A DNA stretch of 63,764 nucleotides, counting the filler, from Chiloscyllium plagiosum (Eukaryota): the NCBI RefSeq assembly GCF_004010195.1. It is 9 parts of 9 records of this genome, joined end to end, with 100 filler letters (N's around TTAATTAATTAA, not from the genome) between each part and the next. Parts side by side here need not be neighbours in the genome. Positions count along the whole stretch, not along the records: positions 1 to 13,751 come from NC_057726.1; positions 13,852 to 20,019 come from NW_025209864.1; positions 20,120 to 31,496 come from NW_025206260.1; 6 more parts are not named here. One strand, written 5' to 3'. The notes beneath the pieces are model-generated. The model ran no database searches and was not told where the DNA came from. It saw nothing but the letters and a program-made list of their open reading frames with translations. A program made the translations under genes and the position numbers. Below, in pieces: positions 13,401 through 25,900 of this stretch; positions within the stretch are counted from its first letter, which is position 1, and each line of letters starts with the position of its first letter.

Positions 13401-13751
13401 TGCCGCCCAGACAACCGCCTCCGCGATCGCCACCTAGACAACCGCCTCCACGATCGCCATGAAGACAATCGCCGGCAGATTCGCGACCTCCGCGGCTATG
13501 GGGAATAACTCTGTCTCTGCGGTCGCCGCAGCCACTTCCGCTCCCACAATGCCGCATGTGTCTCCGCCCCCACGCCGATCTCCACGCCTAACCCCGCCCA
13601 CCAGCCAAGTTCCGTCACCACGCCTAACCCCGCACCCACGACTATCCCCGTCACCACGCCTAACCCCGCCCCTTCGCCGATCTCCGACTGCACGTCTAAC
13701 CCCGCCCCTTCGCCTATCGCCATCACCACGCCCGACCCCGCCCCCACGCCG
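13400..13751. repeat. CpG-rich minisatellite (~36-bp unit containing ccacgcctaaccccgccc) running into the scaffold end
   Basis: About five diverged units over 13560-13751, preceded by a ~30-bp duplication (agacaaccgcctcc.cgatcgcca). Confidence 0.75.
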
Positions 13752-13851
13752 NNNNNNNNNNNNNNNNNNNNNNNNNNNNNNNNNNNNNNNNNNNNTTAAT
13801 TAATTAANNNNNNNNNNNNNNNNNNNNNNNNNNNNNNNNNNNNNNNNNNNN
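13752..13851. other. Artificial scaffold spacer N44-TTAATTAATTAA-N44
   Basis: Identical 100-nt spacers occur at 13752, 20020, 31497, 36205, 39129, 43460, 53627 and 61741. The 12-mer gives stops in all six frames. Confidence 0.97.
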
Positions 13852-14899
13852 TCCCTGGAATCTGACAGCACAGGGGGATGGCCATTCAGCCCATTGTGCC
13901 TGTGAGTGACCCAGTTAGTCTCACTCTCCATCTTTCTCCCCCTAACCCAGCAAATCTTTCCTTTTCAACTTGTCTCTAATTCCCTCTTACAGACCTGGGT
14001 CCACAGCATGAGGCTGTCCGTAATCTGTCATCTAATTCATTCATTGGTAGACAAGCTGCCTGGGCTGGGGAATGGAGTTCAGGACTTTGAACATTCCCTC
14101 TCCCCTCCTGAGGGACTCTTCATTTGTTTTCATATATTCACTCATTGGATGTGGGCGTCACTGGCTGGGTCAGCATTTGCTACCCGTCCCTAGTTGCCCT
14201 TGAGAAGGTGCTGCGTTCTTGAACCGCGATAGATCACATACGGTATGTTGACCCACAATGTCCTTAAGGAGGCAATTCCAGCCTTTTGACCCACTTACAG
14301 TGATGGAACAGTGATATATTTCCAAGTCAGGATGTTATGTGCCTTGGAGATGAATTTGCAGACATGCTGTTCCCATATCTCTGCTGCTCTTGTCCTTCTA
14401 ACTGGAGCTGTTCATGTGTTTGGAAGGTACCAAAAGAACTGCAGCTGCTGTAAATCAGAGACAAAAACAGAAATTGCTGGAAAGCTCAGCAGGTTTGGCA
14501 GCATCTGTGAAGAGAAATCAGAGTTAACGCTTTGGGGCACGTGACCCTTCATACTTGAGCTTTTCGTACAATTTCTATTTTTGGGTTTGGAAGGTGTTGT
14601 ATGAGGATCTTTGGTGAATCTCTGCAGTGTATCTTATAGATAATACACACTGCTGCGACTAAGTGTCAATGGTGGTAAGATGGCTGCTTTGTGGGTGTGA
14701 TGGCAATCAAGCAGGCTGCTTTGCTCTGAACAGTATCAAGTTTTTTGAGTGGATAAGGGAGACATAGGATATGACTGACGTGGATAGGAAAGGTTCGAGA
14801 GATATGGGCCAAACACTGGCAAATGGGACTCGTTCAGGTTTGGAAACCTGGTAGGCATGGACAAGTTTGGCTGTAGGGTCTGTGATTCTGTGACACCAT

Positions 14900-16100
14900 C
14901 ACTCTATGAATGTTGTTGGAACTGCACCCATCCAGAAAATGGGGGGTATTCTCTCACAATTCTGACTTGTGCCTTGTTGATGATCGACAGGCTTTGGGGG
15001 AATCAGGAGGTGAGTTACTAAATGCAGTAATGCTAGCCTCGAGCCTGCTCTTGTAACCACTGTGTTTCCGTGGTAAGCCAATTGAGTTTCTGGATGTTGA
15101 CAGTGGGGATTCAGTGATAATAATACCATTCACTGTCAAGGGGTGATGGTTGGATTGTCTCTTATTGGCCTGGCACTTGCATGGAACCAATGTGAAATGT
15201 CATTTTTCAGACTAAACCTGGATATTGTCCAGATGTTGGTGCATCTGATCATGGACTGCTTCAGTTTTTGAGGAGTTGTGAATAATGCTGAACATTATGG
15301 AATCATTGGCAATCATCACCACTTCTGAGATTGCCTTGAGTTGCTCTATCTGTTCAAAGTCTGTCCTATTTAGCACAGTGATAGTACCACACAGCACAAT
15401 GGAGGGTATTCTCAATGTGGTGGTCAGACTTTGTTTCCACAAGGACTCTATGATGGTCAATCTTACACATACAGGACAGATGCAACTACAGCCGCAAGAT
15501 TGGTGAGGATGAGGGCAAGTAGATTTTTCGTTCTTGTTGCAGGCCCAGTCCTCCAGCTTTGTCCTTTAGGACCCGACCAGCTCGATCAGTAATGCTACTG
15601 CTGCCGAACCACTCTCAGTGGTGGGCATTGAAATCCCCCACCCAGAGTACATTCTGTGCTGTCACCACCCTCAGTGCTTTCACCCAGGTGCTGTTCAACA
15701 TGGAAGAGAGAGTGATTCATCAGCCGAGGGAGGGTGGTATGTGATGATCAACAGGAGGTTTCCTCACCCATGTTTAACCTGGTGTCATGAGACTCGATGG
15801 GGTCTGGAGTCAGCGGAGAGGACTCCCAAGGTAACTCCCTCCTGGCTGTACACCACTGTATTGCCAGCTCTGCTGGGTCTGCCCTTCTGGTGGGACAGGA
15901 CACATTCAGGGGCAGTGATGGCGGTGTCTGGGACATTGTCTGTACGGTATGATTCTGTGAGTGTGACTGTGTCAGGCTGTTGCTTGACTAGTCTGTGAGA
16001 CAGCTCTCCTGAATTTGGCACTAGCCCCCAGATGTCAGTAAGGAGGATGGAGCAGGGTAGACAGGGCTATTTCTGTCATTGTCTTTTTGATGTTTAGATC
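14900..16100 (-). mobile_element. LINE fragment (APE endonuclease and RT C-terminal remnants)
   Basis: QPDTVTLTESYRTDNVPDTAITAPECVLSHQKGRPSRAGNTVVY endonuclease N-terminus; nucleotide similarity to 12450-12850. Confidence 0.65.
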
Positions 16101-16839
16101 TGTCTGTCCCATCTTATTTCTTTGTCGAGGCGTCATCACGATTGATACAACTGAATGCCTTGCTTGGCCAGTTCAGAGGACAGTTCAGAGCTAACCACAT
16201 TGCTGGGGGAGAGTGCCTTGGACCCTGACAGTATATTCTGACTTCCCCACTTCCCCACTCTGTATATGGAAAGCTGGAGCCTCTCAGCGGGATATTCACT
16301 TGCTGGAGCTATCACCCCCTCCACACCCCCACCCCCCCGCACAATTCTGTCCCCACATAAAATCCACACAGAACTTGAAATCACAAAGCACCTTCACTGT
16401 CCAAAACATTCCAAGATGATTCACAAAGTTGCAGTAATTGAGAGGGGGTGGATGAACATAAGAACTAGGAGCAGGAGCAGGCAATTCAGCCCCTCGAGCC
16501 CGCTCCACCATTTAATACAATCATGGCTGATCCCATCTCAGCCTCAACTCCACTTTCCTGCCCACTCTCCATCATCCTTTAACCCATTACTAACTAAAAG
16601 TCTGTCCATCCCCTCCTTGGTGTGAGACACAAAAGGGATCACTCCATTTCAGACAGTTGGGATTTATGGAGTATGGATGGGGGAAGCTGGGAGAGGACAT
16701 CGGAATCATGCAGTGGGACAAACAGGAATGAAGGTTTCTGTGGTCAAGGGGCTGATGTAATGCAGAGGTGGACAATGTTGTGGGAATGGAAATCAGAGGC
16801 CTATTTGGGCTTTAATGCTGAGATACTGGAAAGTCTAAT

Positions 16840-17270
16840 GGAAAGAAGGCCCATGTTTATTGATCTCAGTCGGAGCTTCCAGCGGGAATGAGACACATAT
16901 CTAGTGGTCTCTATTGGAAGGTACAGGGGGAAGGTGGCCCATGGTTCCTGCTATCTGTTCGAACATCCAGAAGGAAGAAGGCTCATGTTTACTGGTCTAT
17001 ATTGGACAGTCCAGTGGAAAGGAGGCCCATGTTTACTGGTACCAATTGGATGATCCAATGGTATGGATGTCCATGTTTACTGGTCTCCATTGGACTGTCC
17101 ATTGGGAAGGAAGTCCCAGTTTGCTGGCTTCTATTGGAGGGTCCAGTGGGAAGGATGCCCATGTTTAATAGTGTCTATTGCAGGGTGGTCCATATTTATT
17201 AGCAGACTATCCAGTAGAAGGAGTTCCATGTTTACTGGTCCCTTTTGGAGAGTCCAGTGGGTCATGGACA
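16840..17270. repeat. Degenerate ~40-bp minisatellite (cccatgtttactggtctctattggagggtccagtggaaaggagg)
   Basis: About 10 recurrences of the catgtttactggt..attgga..gtccagtgg motif. Confidence 0.8.
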
Positions 17271-19102
17271 CCATGTGGGTATGGGGCTGAGTTCCATTCT
17301 GTTGTAACTATGTAATTGTCCAGCTCTCATCCCAGTGAAACACCGTGACCTGGAGACTGATCATGGAAGGGGAAGGACAGGGGAAAGGATTGGAACATGT
17401 TGTGCATGGACAGGATGGATCAGTTGGTCAGAGCCTGTCCTGTCCCTCCAGCTCACACTGATGGCCTGAGGATCTCCTCTCTCTGCTGGGCCTTCATGGA
17501 ATGAGGTTTGTGTCCAAACCAGTCCCCAGTGAGAATAGACCAACAGCACAGAACTGCCCTTCATTTGACAAGAATCTGTCCATCTTCCTGAGAGAGGCTA
17601 AAGCCTGCTCAGTGTGGGAAATGGAGCCTTACTCCAGGAGAAGACATGCATCTGGGGGTCAATTGTTAACATCCACTCATGAGGCAAAGCAGAGGGGGAT
17701 TCACCCTGCATTTAAATATTGCCACCTGGCAGACTGTGGAAAAGAGAGAGAAGAGAGTCAGTGAGAGAGATAGAGGGAGAGAGTGTGTGTGAGAGGGTGA
17801 GAGATAGAGAATGAGGAGTGTCTGAGACAGTGTGAGATGTGTGAAGCGAGTGAGNNNNNNNNNNNNNNNNNNNNNNNNNNNNNNNNNNNNNNNNNNNNNN
17901 NNNNNNNNNNNNNNNNNNNNNNNNNNNNNNNNNNNNNNNNNNNNNNNNNNNNNNNNNNNNNNNNNNNNNNNNNNNNNNNNNNNNNNNNNNNNNNNNNNNN
18001 NNNNNNNNNNNNNNNNNNNNNNNNNNNNNNNNNNNNNNNNNNNNNNNNNNNNNNNNNNNNNNNNNNNNNNNNNNNNNNNNNNNNNNNNNNNNNNNNNNNN
18101 NNNNNNNNNNNNNNNNNNNNNNNNNNNNNNNNNNNNNNNNNNNNNNNNNNNNNNNNNNNNNNNNNNNNNNNNNNNNNNNNNNNNNNNNNNNNNNNNNNNN
18201 NNNNNNNNNNNNNNNNNNNNNNNNNNNNNNNNNNNNNNNNNNNNNNNNNNNNNNNNNNNNNNNNNNNNNNNNNNNNNNNNNNNNNNNNNNNNNNNNNNNN
18301 NNNNNNNNNNNNNNNNNNNNNNNNNNNNNNNNNNNNNNNNNNNNNNNNNNNNNNNGGCAGAGATTGAAGGTAACACCAACATAGAGACATAGAAACTCAG
18401 AGTAGGAATAGGCCATTCGGCCCTTTGAGTATCTCTGTCATCCAATATGACCATGGATGTTCCTCTGTCTTAATGCCATATTCCTACCATTTTCCCATAC
18501 CCCTTGATGTTGTTAAAATGCAAAACAATTACCTCTGTCTTTTTCTTGAACATATTCAGTCCTTTGTCCTCAACAACTTGAACAGAATTCCACAGGTTGA
18601 CCGTCCTCTGAGTGAAGAAATGTTTCCTCATCTCAGTGCGAAAGGTCTACCCTGTATCCCCCGAGACTGTGAGCCCTGGTTCCAGACTCCCCAACCATGG
18701 GAAACCTCCTTCCAGCATCAAGTCTGTCCAGCCCTGTTAGAATGTTATACATTTCAATCAGATCTCATCTCATCCTTCTCAACTCAAGTGAGTTCAGGTT
18801 CAGTTGAGGTAGACCCTGAGAAGAGAATTGAGAAATGTTTTCGCTTAGAGGTTGGTAGGAGTCTGGAACTCACTGGCTGAAAGGCTGGTTGAGTCACAAA
18901 CTCTCATGACATTGGAGCAGTGTTTAGATATTCCCTTGTGTTGCTGTAGCCCCCAGGGTAATGGGCCAGGAGTTGGAGGATGAGATTAGTGTTATCATAT
19001 TTTTGTCGACCAATACAAACACAATGGGCCAAATAGCCTAATTCAGTGTTGTTCACATCAATGATTCTCTGTGAGAGAGAGAGAGAGAGAGAGAGTGATG
19101 CC

Positions 19103-19156
19103 ATTTACATACTGAGGAACACCCAGTCAGACTCTCAAAGGCTGCAGCTTTATAAA
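19103..19156 (+). promoter_or_regulatory. IgL promoter: octamer variant ATTTACAT (19103-19110) and TATAAA (19151-19156)
   Basis: Both elements are conserved in the paralogous promoter at 42630-42683 (minus). Confidence 0.7.
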
Positions 19157-19216
19157 GCAGAGCCCAGTGAAGGGAGAGTTTATCAGGAACCAGACACAGG
19201 GACAGGAGCACACACC

Positions 19217-19780
19217 ATGATTTCACACATCCAGCTGATCTGGCCCCTGGCATTCTGCATCACAGGCACAAGTCTCTCTCCTTCCACCTTGAATCTTTAG
19301 CTGCTCTCCATTTCACTCCAATTCCACTGACTCGTGATTGAAGGGAAAATGCTGAAACCAGAGGAATGCTCAGTGTCTCCAACAATCTCTCATTTGACAG
19401 GCTCTTTCTGTGACAGTTCTGACTTCACTGTGTTTCCCTCTGACCCCTCAGGTATCAGTGGGGACATCATCAGGAGCCAGTCTCCCCCGGTGCTGTCAGT
19501 GGGACTGGGCCAGACCGCAACCATCACCTGTACGGCCAGTCAAGGTCTTACAAATGACCTCAGCTGGTACCAGCAGCGAGAAGGACAGAAACCCTGTCTC
19601 CTGATCTATGAAGCAACAACCCGAAACACAGGAGTCTCCAATCGATTCACCGGCAGTGGATCAGGGACCAGTTTCACCCTGACAATCAGCAACGTTCAGA
19701 ATGAGGATGTCGCTGACTATTGCTGTCAGCAGTATAACAGCTACCCTCTACGTTCGGTAAAGGAACCAAGCTCAGACTGA
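19217..19780 (+). pseudogene. Ig light chain (kappa/type III, NS4-like) pre-joined VJ, out of frame
   Basis: Leader 19217-19265 (GC donor); VJ exon 19452-19780. V ends CQQYNSYP then CT ACG TTC GGT AAA GGA ACC AAG CTC AGA CTG A|GTAAGT, so J ([10 protein letters not shown]) is fused without an RSS but 1 nt out of frame. YYC is changed to YCC. Confidence 0.9.
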
Positions 19781-19962
19781 GTAAGTAAACCTCAATCCTT
19801 CGTTATTAACCCTTTCAATTTCTAAACACACTTTCTAAAACACAAATGCTGAATTGTTGAAAGTGATAGTGGGAAGCTGCAGTGAATGAAATGGCTGATT
19901 GAGGAGCACTGTGTCTGACAGGGTGTCCAGCTGTATTTTTATAGTTCCATTGCTCCCTTTAG

Positions 19963-20019
19963 TGGGCGGCACGGTGGCACAGTGGTTAGAGACCCGGGTT
20001 CAGTTCCCGCCTCAGGCGA
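19963..20019 (+). mobile_element. 5' fragment of HE1-type SINE at scaffold end
   Basis: gggcggcacggtggcacagtggttag...gacccgggttcagttcccgcctcaggcga. Confidence 0.75.
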
Positions 20020-20119
20020 NNNNNNNNNNNNNNNNNNNNNNNNNNNNNNNNNNNNNNNNNNNNTTAATTAATTAANNNNNNNNNNNNNNNNNNNNNNNNN
20101 NNNNNNNNNNNNNNNNNNN

Positions 20120-21770
20120 AACTGAGGAGATGAGTTAGGTAAACAGCACCTGGAGAGGGCACAGTATAGAATGAAGCAGGTGGCAGATAAAAGCTCGGAG
20201 ACACTAAAGTTTTCCTGAGAGGATAACGTATTAGTACTGTCACCAGTGATAGGAGATCCCTTCAAAGCCAGGTCTAGTGGTCCCTATCAAATTGAGAAAA
20301 AGTTGACTCAGGCGAACTATTGAGTAAAGATGCCAGATAGAAAGAGAGACATACTGCGTTTGTCATGTGAACATGTTTAAACCGTATTACACTGGAGAGA
20401 AAGAATTAGAGAAAAGGTGTTAGTTACTGTCCACCAGAGGGAGGAATCAAATCCAGACGATATGGGTTTTAAAGTGCCTCAAAATACATTAAAAGATGAA
20501 GACGTCTTTCGGGCGTCGGATGGGTTAGCAAGCTATCTGTCTCAGGAGCATAGTATGCAGTTCAAAAATATGTTACTGCAGCACACAGACATATGTAAGA
20601 ATCAGATGGGGCGGACTAATGCTATTGTACATGAAGTAGACATAGGAAATACTGCTCCAATAAAACAACACCCCTATCAGCTTAATCCTTTCAAAACCAG
20701 ACAGGTCCAGAAGGGGGTGGAGGCCATGCTCGATGAGAACATCATCGAACCAAGCCAAAGCGAGAGGAGTTCGCTGATCCTCTTATTTCCCAATCCGGAT
20801 GGGACTCAAAAGTTCTGCGTGGATTATCAGAAGGTCAACATTATTACAAATTCGGACTCATATCCAATTCCAAGATTGGAGGATACCATCGAGAAAGTCG
20901 GACAAGCCAGTTACATCACCAAGTTGGACATAACGCGTGATTACTGGAAGGTACCTTTGTCAGGGTTGGCGAAAGCAATTTCTGCGTTAGTAACCACAAA
21001 TGGGCTAGATCAGTTTAAAGTAACGCCTTGTGGAATGAAGAACCGGCCCGCCATATTCTAAAGACTCATGAAGAGAGTTGTGGCTGGGTGAACAAACTGT
21101 GTAGTCCATTTGGACCATGTAGAGAACTTTAATAAGTCCTGGAAAGATCACATGGTACAGCTGACGGAGCTCTTGGAACGATTATGAGAGGCAGAAGTGG
21201 TAATAAACGTAAATAAAATGGAATTCCTAAAAGCAGAGGTGACGATCTTGGGACATGACATCGGCCATGGAAGGATGACCCCAAGGAATGCAAAGACGAA
21301 GACCTCGAAAAGTTTCCACGACCAGCCTCGAAGAAAGAGGTGCTTCGATTCTTGGGCACAGCGGATTCAATCAGACGTTTGTTGCAAACTTCAGCAGCGT
21401 AGTGGCACCGTTAACTGATTTGCTCAAGAAGAACACAAGGTTTCGGAGGACAGAACTATTCCAGGAGGCTGTCGACCATTTGAAATCGCTATTAAACACC
21501 AAACCAGTTTTGGCTTCACCAAACTTTTCAAAATCTTTTAAACTCAGCATCAATTCTACTGACGTTGGTGTTGGAGCGGTACTCCTGCAAGAACATGCAG
21601 TTGGGATTCAACTGCCAGTTGGCTACTTTTCGAAGGAGATCAACATCCACCAGAAGAAATGCGCCAGAATCGAAAAGGAACTATTGGGTTTGCTACTGGC
21701 TTTCCAACATTTTAATGTGTATTTCATGATCAATGTGTCCGAGACAGTTGTGTACGGTGTACTTTAGGAG
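20120..21770 (+). mobile_element. Gypsy LTR retrotransposon relic (RT/RNase H)
   Basis: PIKQHPYQLNP, KFCVDYQKVN, YPIPRLED, KLDITRDYWKV, STDVGVGAVLLQ, PVGYFSK and IEKELLGLLLA motifs, with stops and frameshifts. Confidence 0.9.
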
Positions 21771-22979
21771 AGTTAAAAGCAGCAGAACTACATTACTGTT
21801 AGTCTGGAGTCACACGTACGCCAGACTAGGTAAGAATGGCAGTTATCTGCCTGATAAACATTATTGAATCATATTTTGTTTTTCATTTCCCAGGCAGTTG
21901 ACTCTTAATCCCAGATATTTAATTCTTTCAAATTCCACCGTCTGAAACGGCTGGATTTGAATCCATGTGATCTAAATGTGATCTTGGACTTTCTATTGAC
22001 AGTTAGTGATAGTGCTATGAGACCATCGCCTCCCCGACTGTGAAGCTGCGTGCTGCTGCCATCCTTCTTACTGAATCATGAACGGTTTTTTTTCCTCTGT
22101 GAGTGCAGTGATGTCTCTCCTCCAGCAGAGAATAATAAGTTTGGGCGCAAGACTGTTCACCGACGAGCTGGTAACGTCTACATGCATTGGTAAGCAAAGT
22201 GCAAGGAATTGGACCAGTACTGGGAGGTCTGGACACTTCTGTCATTCCTTCAAGAGAGTCCACGCATGCATCCATGGACGGTGGAGTGTCAATCCAAGCT
22301 TTGAATGCAAGTAGAACTACAAATTGGGAAACTACATTCGAGTTGGAAACAACTGCTTGATATACAATTAGGCATACAATGAAAGATTAAGGAAGCGATT
22401 GCCCAGTGGTATTAATCCAGAAGCCCATGGAATATTCTGGGACCCAGGTCCGAATTCCAACAAGGCAGTTCGTGAAATTTCAATGCAGTAAAAGGAAACC
22501 TGGGGTTATGGGACCTATTGAAGACCATGAAATAATTTCTGACTTTTGGAAAAAAACATCTATGTGACCAGATCCCGTTGTTACCTGGTGCAGAGTAGAC
22601 ATTACTCTGGACCCATACCAGCGTGCTTGAGTCTGAACTTCCCTCCGGCAAGGAGCAAACAAAATAATTTTAAGAAAAGGACTCGTGTCTGCGAGGATCA
22701 TTAGTGATTACTGCATCGTCGGAGATTTGAGAAATCCATAAACCAGTTCCTGTACGGGCAAGAAAACGTGAATCTAACTCAGAAGAGTCTCCAATCAGAA
22801 TGTGCCAGCATTCAAAAGGGTAATGCCGTCGGCATTCCGAAATTAACCAATTCAGAAAGGATCTAAGAGTGAACGCGACTTTGAAAGGAATATCTGAGTA
22901 TTATGGTCAATTAGACGAAGTTTGCAAATTAAAATTGATTTATGTTTGGTTTTATTATTTCAAAGATTACAGAGTTTCA

Positions 22980-25900
22980 TCAGGAGTGGATACTTCAAAC
23001 CATTCTTTAACTCAGCTCTGAAGTTACTCCGAGTCCCAGCATAAATACATGGATTAATGCAGGAACTCATAAACTGCAGCAGGTATCCACTTTCCTGCTC
23101 AATAAACGCTGACTGGCTTAAAGTGAAACCTGAGAAAAAGGTTACATTCGCAATTCAGACATAGGTGGTCGTTATTAAAATTAACGAATATGACAGGATG
23201 AAGCTGCCCAAAATAGCGAATCGTAAAACCATGGAACTTTTTCATTTTTTCATCTCTCAATCCCTCTGATTTTCTCCACAACTCTGAATCCAGAGTCTTC
23301 TGTGGGCTCCATTAGCCACCACAATATGTCTGACAATTAGAATGTTCAGCAATAAAATCAGATTAAATGGAAGGCATGTGGTTAAAATGGTACAAATCAA
23401 ATCATACGCTGCCCATGCAGGCGACGCATAAAATATTAATTTTATGTCGCACAACCAGAGTACATTATTAATTATGTAGGTAAGTTCATTAATAAAAAAA
23501 AACATAAAGGCACTTTTTATGCAGTTGACTGCAGTCACGATTCCAATAACCAACGATGCTGTTCGTTCCGTGCAGTACTTCATATTCATCTTCTGACGAG
23601 CAATGGCCAGAAATCGATCAATGGTAAAAGTAACCATCAACCATGCTGAACAATCAGTAGCTGTGCAGAGGATTGCATCATGGACACTACACACTGGAGT
23701 GATGAACGAGAAGGTTTCTGAGAAGTTAATTCCAGCAACTCTGTTTAACATTACAGCAGTTACCACGACCAGGAGATCTGCCATCGCCATGAACATCAGG
23801 TAATAAATGATACAAATAGAAAGACCGCATTTTCTTTGGGAAAGGATCACAATCACTGTAACGTTATCTGCCAGAGAAACATGTATAGATGTATGTAGAA
23901 AGCAGAGTAGTAAGAGCGTCTGAGATCAGCAGATAACGAGAACTGTTCTACAAAGTTTTGAATGAAATCAATACGTTTGAGACATGAGCTTGAATTTGAA
24001 ATTACCAATTAACATTTGGGCAGTTATTTCTACATGCAAACTGTTTGCCTTAGGGCGGCATCGCAGCATAGTGGTGTTTCACAGCACCAAGAAAACGTGT
24101 TTGATTCCAGCCTGGGTTGATTGCCTGTGTCGAGTTTGCACATTCTCACGATGTATCGTGGGTTTCCTCCAAGTGCTCCAGTTTCCACCCACAGTCTAAA
24201 GATTTGCAGGTTAGTTTGATTGCTTATGCTATATTATCCCATAATATCCAGGAAACCTTTGGCTAGGTGGGTTAACCATGATGAATGTGGGTTTTACGGG
24301 GATTTGGTGTCTCGGTCTGCCAAGCATCACAGCACACCTAATGAGTCGAATGAGCTCTATCTGCACTGCAAGGATGTTATGATTCCTGATTTGAATATAA
24401 ACAGACCATCGGAATATGAATGCAAATTAATATAATGACAAACACCATACAACAAAATGCATCGAAATTTTATGTGTAATCTGAAATGAAGGATTATAAA
24501 TGCTATAATGGTCATATTGACAAAGTATTATCGAAATGTATTCCTAATGAGAAATAGGAAAATAAAGCAAAAGAAATTTGGAAACTAAAAAGAAAAAAGA
24601 TCCATTTTTCTGAAGAGTGAAATTTGCTCAATCTTACAATCTACTGCAAAATTATTCCCCATTGGAAAGATCGACGGTCAAAATCACGAAATGCTCAGAG
24701 AATCACATGGAAAATATTGAGTTTGAGAAAATAATGAAGGGATTCTAAAAGTGTTAAACTTGCTCTGCTTCCACATCCATGAGCAACTCACGTATAGTTG
24801 TATTACTTCATTAAATCATGCGCATTTTAAATTCGGAAGCACGTGCTTATTGGTGTTTAACGTTGCTCAGATCAAAGAATGCAATCAGTTCTGTGTGCAA
24901 TGTTTCATTCCCACTTACTTAAATGGAAGGCCTAACAGTCAATTAAAAATTGAAAACGAGCGTTAACCATGCATAACTGTCAAAATTTGGAACAATTCAT
25001 GTAAAATCGACACTGCTGGCGTCTACTAAAAAGAAAACTGAACTCAAAATAAATTATAGCATCCTGTCTAACATTGCAGATATTATCATGTCACAACCAA
25101 GGAAATCAGCTGATAATGATTAAACTAGAAACATGGAGTGCAATCACTGAATTAGTTAGTTGATCGAGAAAAAAGAGGGATAAAGAAAGAAAGAGAATGA
25201 CAAAAAATGAGAAAGAGCAAGAGAGAGGAAGAGGGATATTTGAGCGTGTTTAAGAGAGTACAGGACCGTTAGTGGTTCAACTTCCAACCAAATGCCGGAC
25301 CGTTTTCTACGACACGGTGTTGAGGGCATTGATTAATCTGTGATCCTAAGATAGAAATCATTCCTTACTCCATAAATAATCATTCTGCCATTAAAAGATA
25401 AATTATGTTACGTCAGGTCAATAGAATGTTAATGTATTTTAATAGAATTAAACCTGTAGAAGAAACACGGAATGTAAAATAAGTGGAAATCAACACAGCA
25501 GCATCGAATAAACGAGAAAACGAATGTTGGGTTACATTGCGGACATCACTGATTTGGTAGATTACAAAGAGAAGTCAGAAGTTTGGAACCTAACAAGGAC
25601 ACATTTTCTCGCCCACTGAGGTTCTAAAGTGATCACATAGAAAGCCTTATTGTAACATGATTAGCTGTTAGAAAAGATGGAGAACAACTTGCTCAAGTTT
25701 ATCCTCAAATGGAGTGAGTGAATATCAAAAAGCGTTACTCTGAATTTGGAGTGTGATTGTGGAGTGGCACACAATTCTCACTTTGAGCTCTTAAACGAAT
25801 AATCATCTAGTTTCTTCTGTGTCACCCTGGATGATTGGAAATAACTGACGGGGAGAACTCAAAGAGCGTCCTACCAATTGAACATTCCACGTCACTACCT

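Noticed and set aside
13459-13803. Pro/Arg/Ser-rich ORF
   Set aside because: Translation of the 36-bp satellite running into a spacer.
13796-13807. Recurrent palindrome TTAATTAATTAA as a biological site
   Set aside because: Always centred in exactly 44+44 Ns; it is an assembly linker.
16840-17270. CRISPR-like periodic array
   Set aside because: Vertebrate DNA; the units are degenerate along their whole length, with no constant-repeat/unique-spacer structure and no cas genes.
17666-18454. Long ORFs across N gaps (also 47350-48012, 57991-58947)
   Set aside because: Artefacts of translating Ns.
22015-22720. Possible degraded retroelement integrase
   Set aside because: Only faint motif resemblance; cannot be supported by eye.
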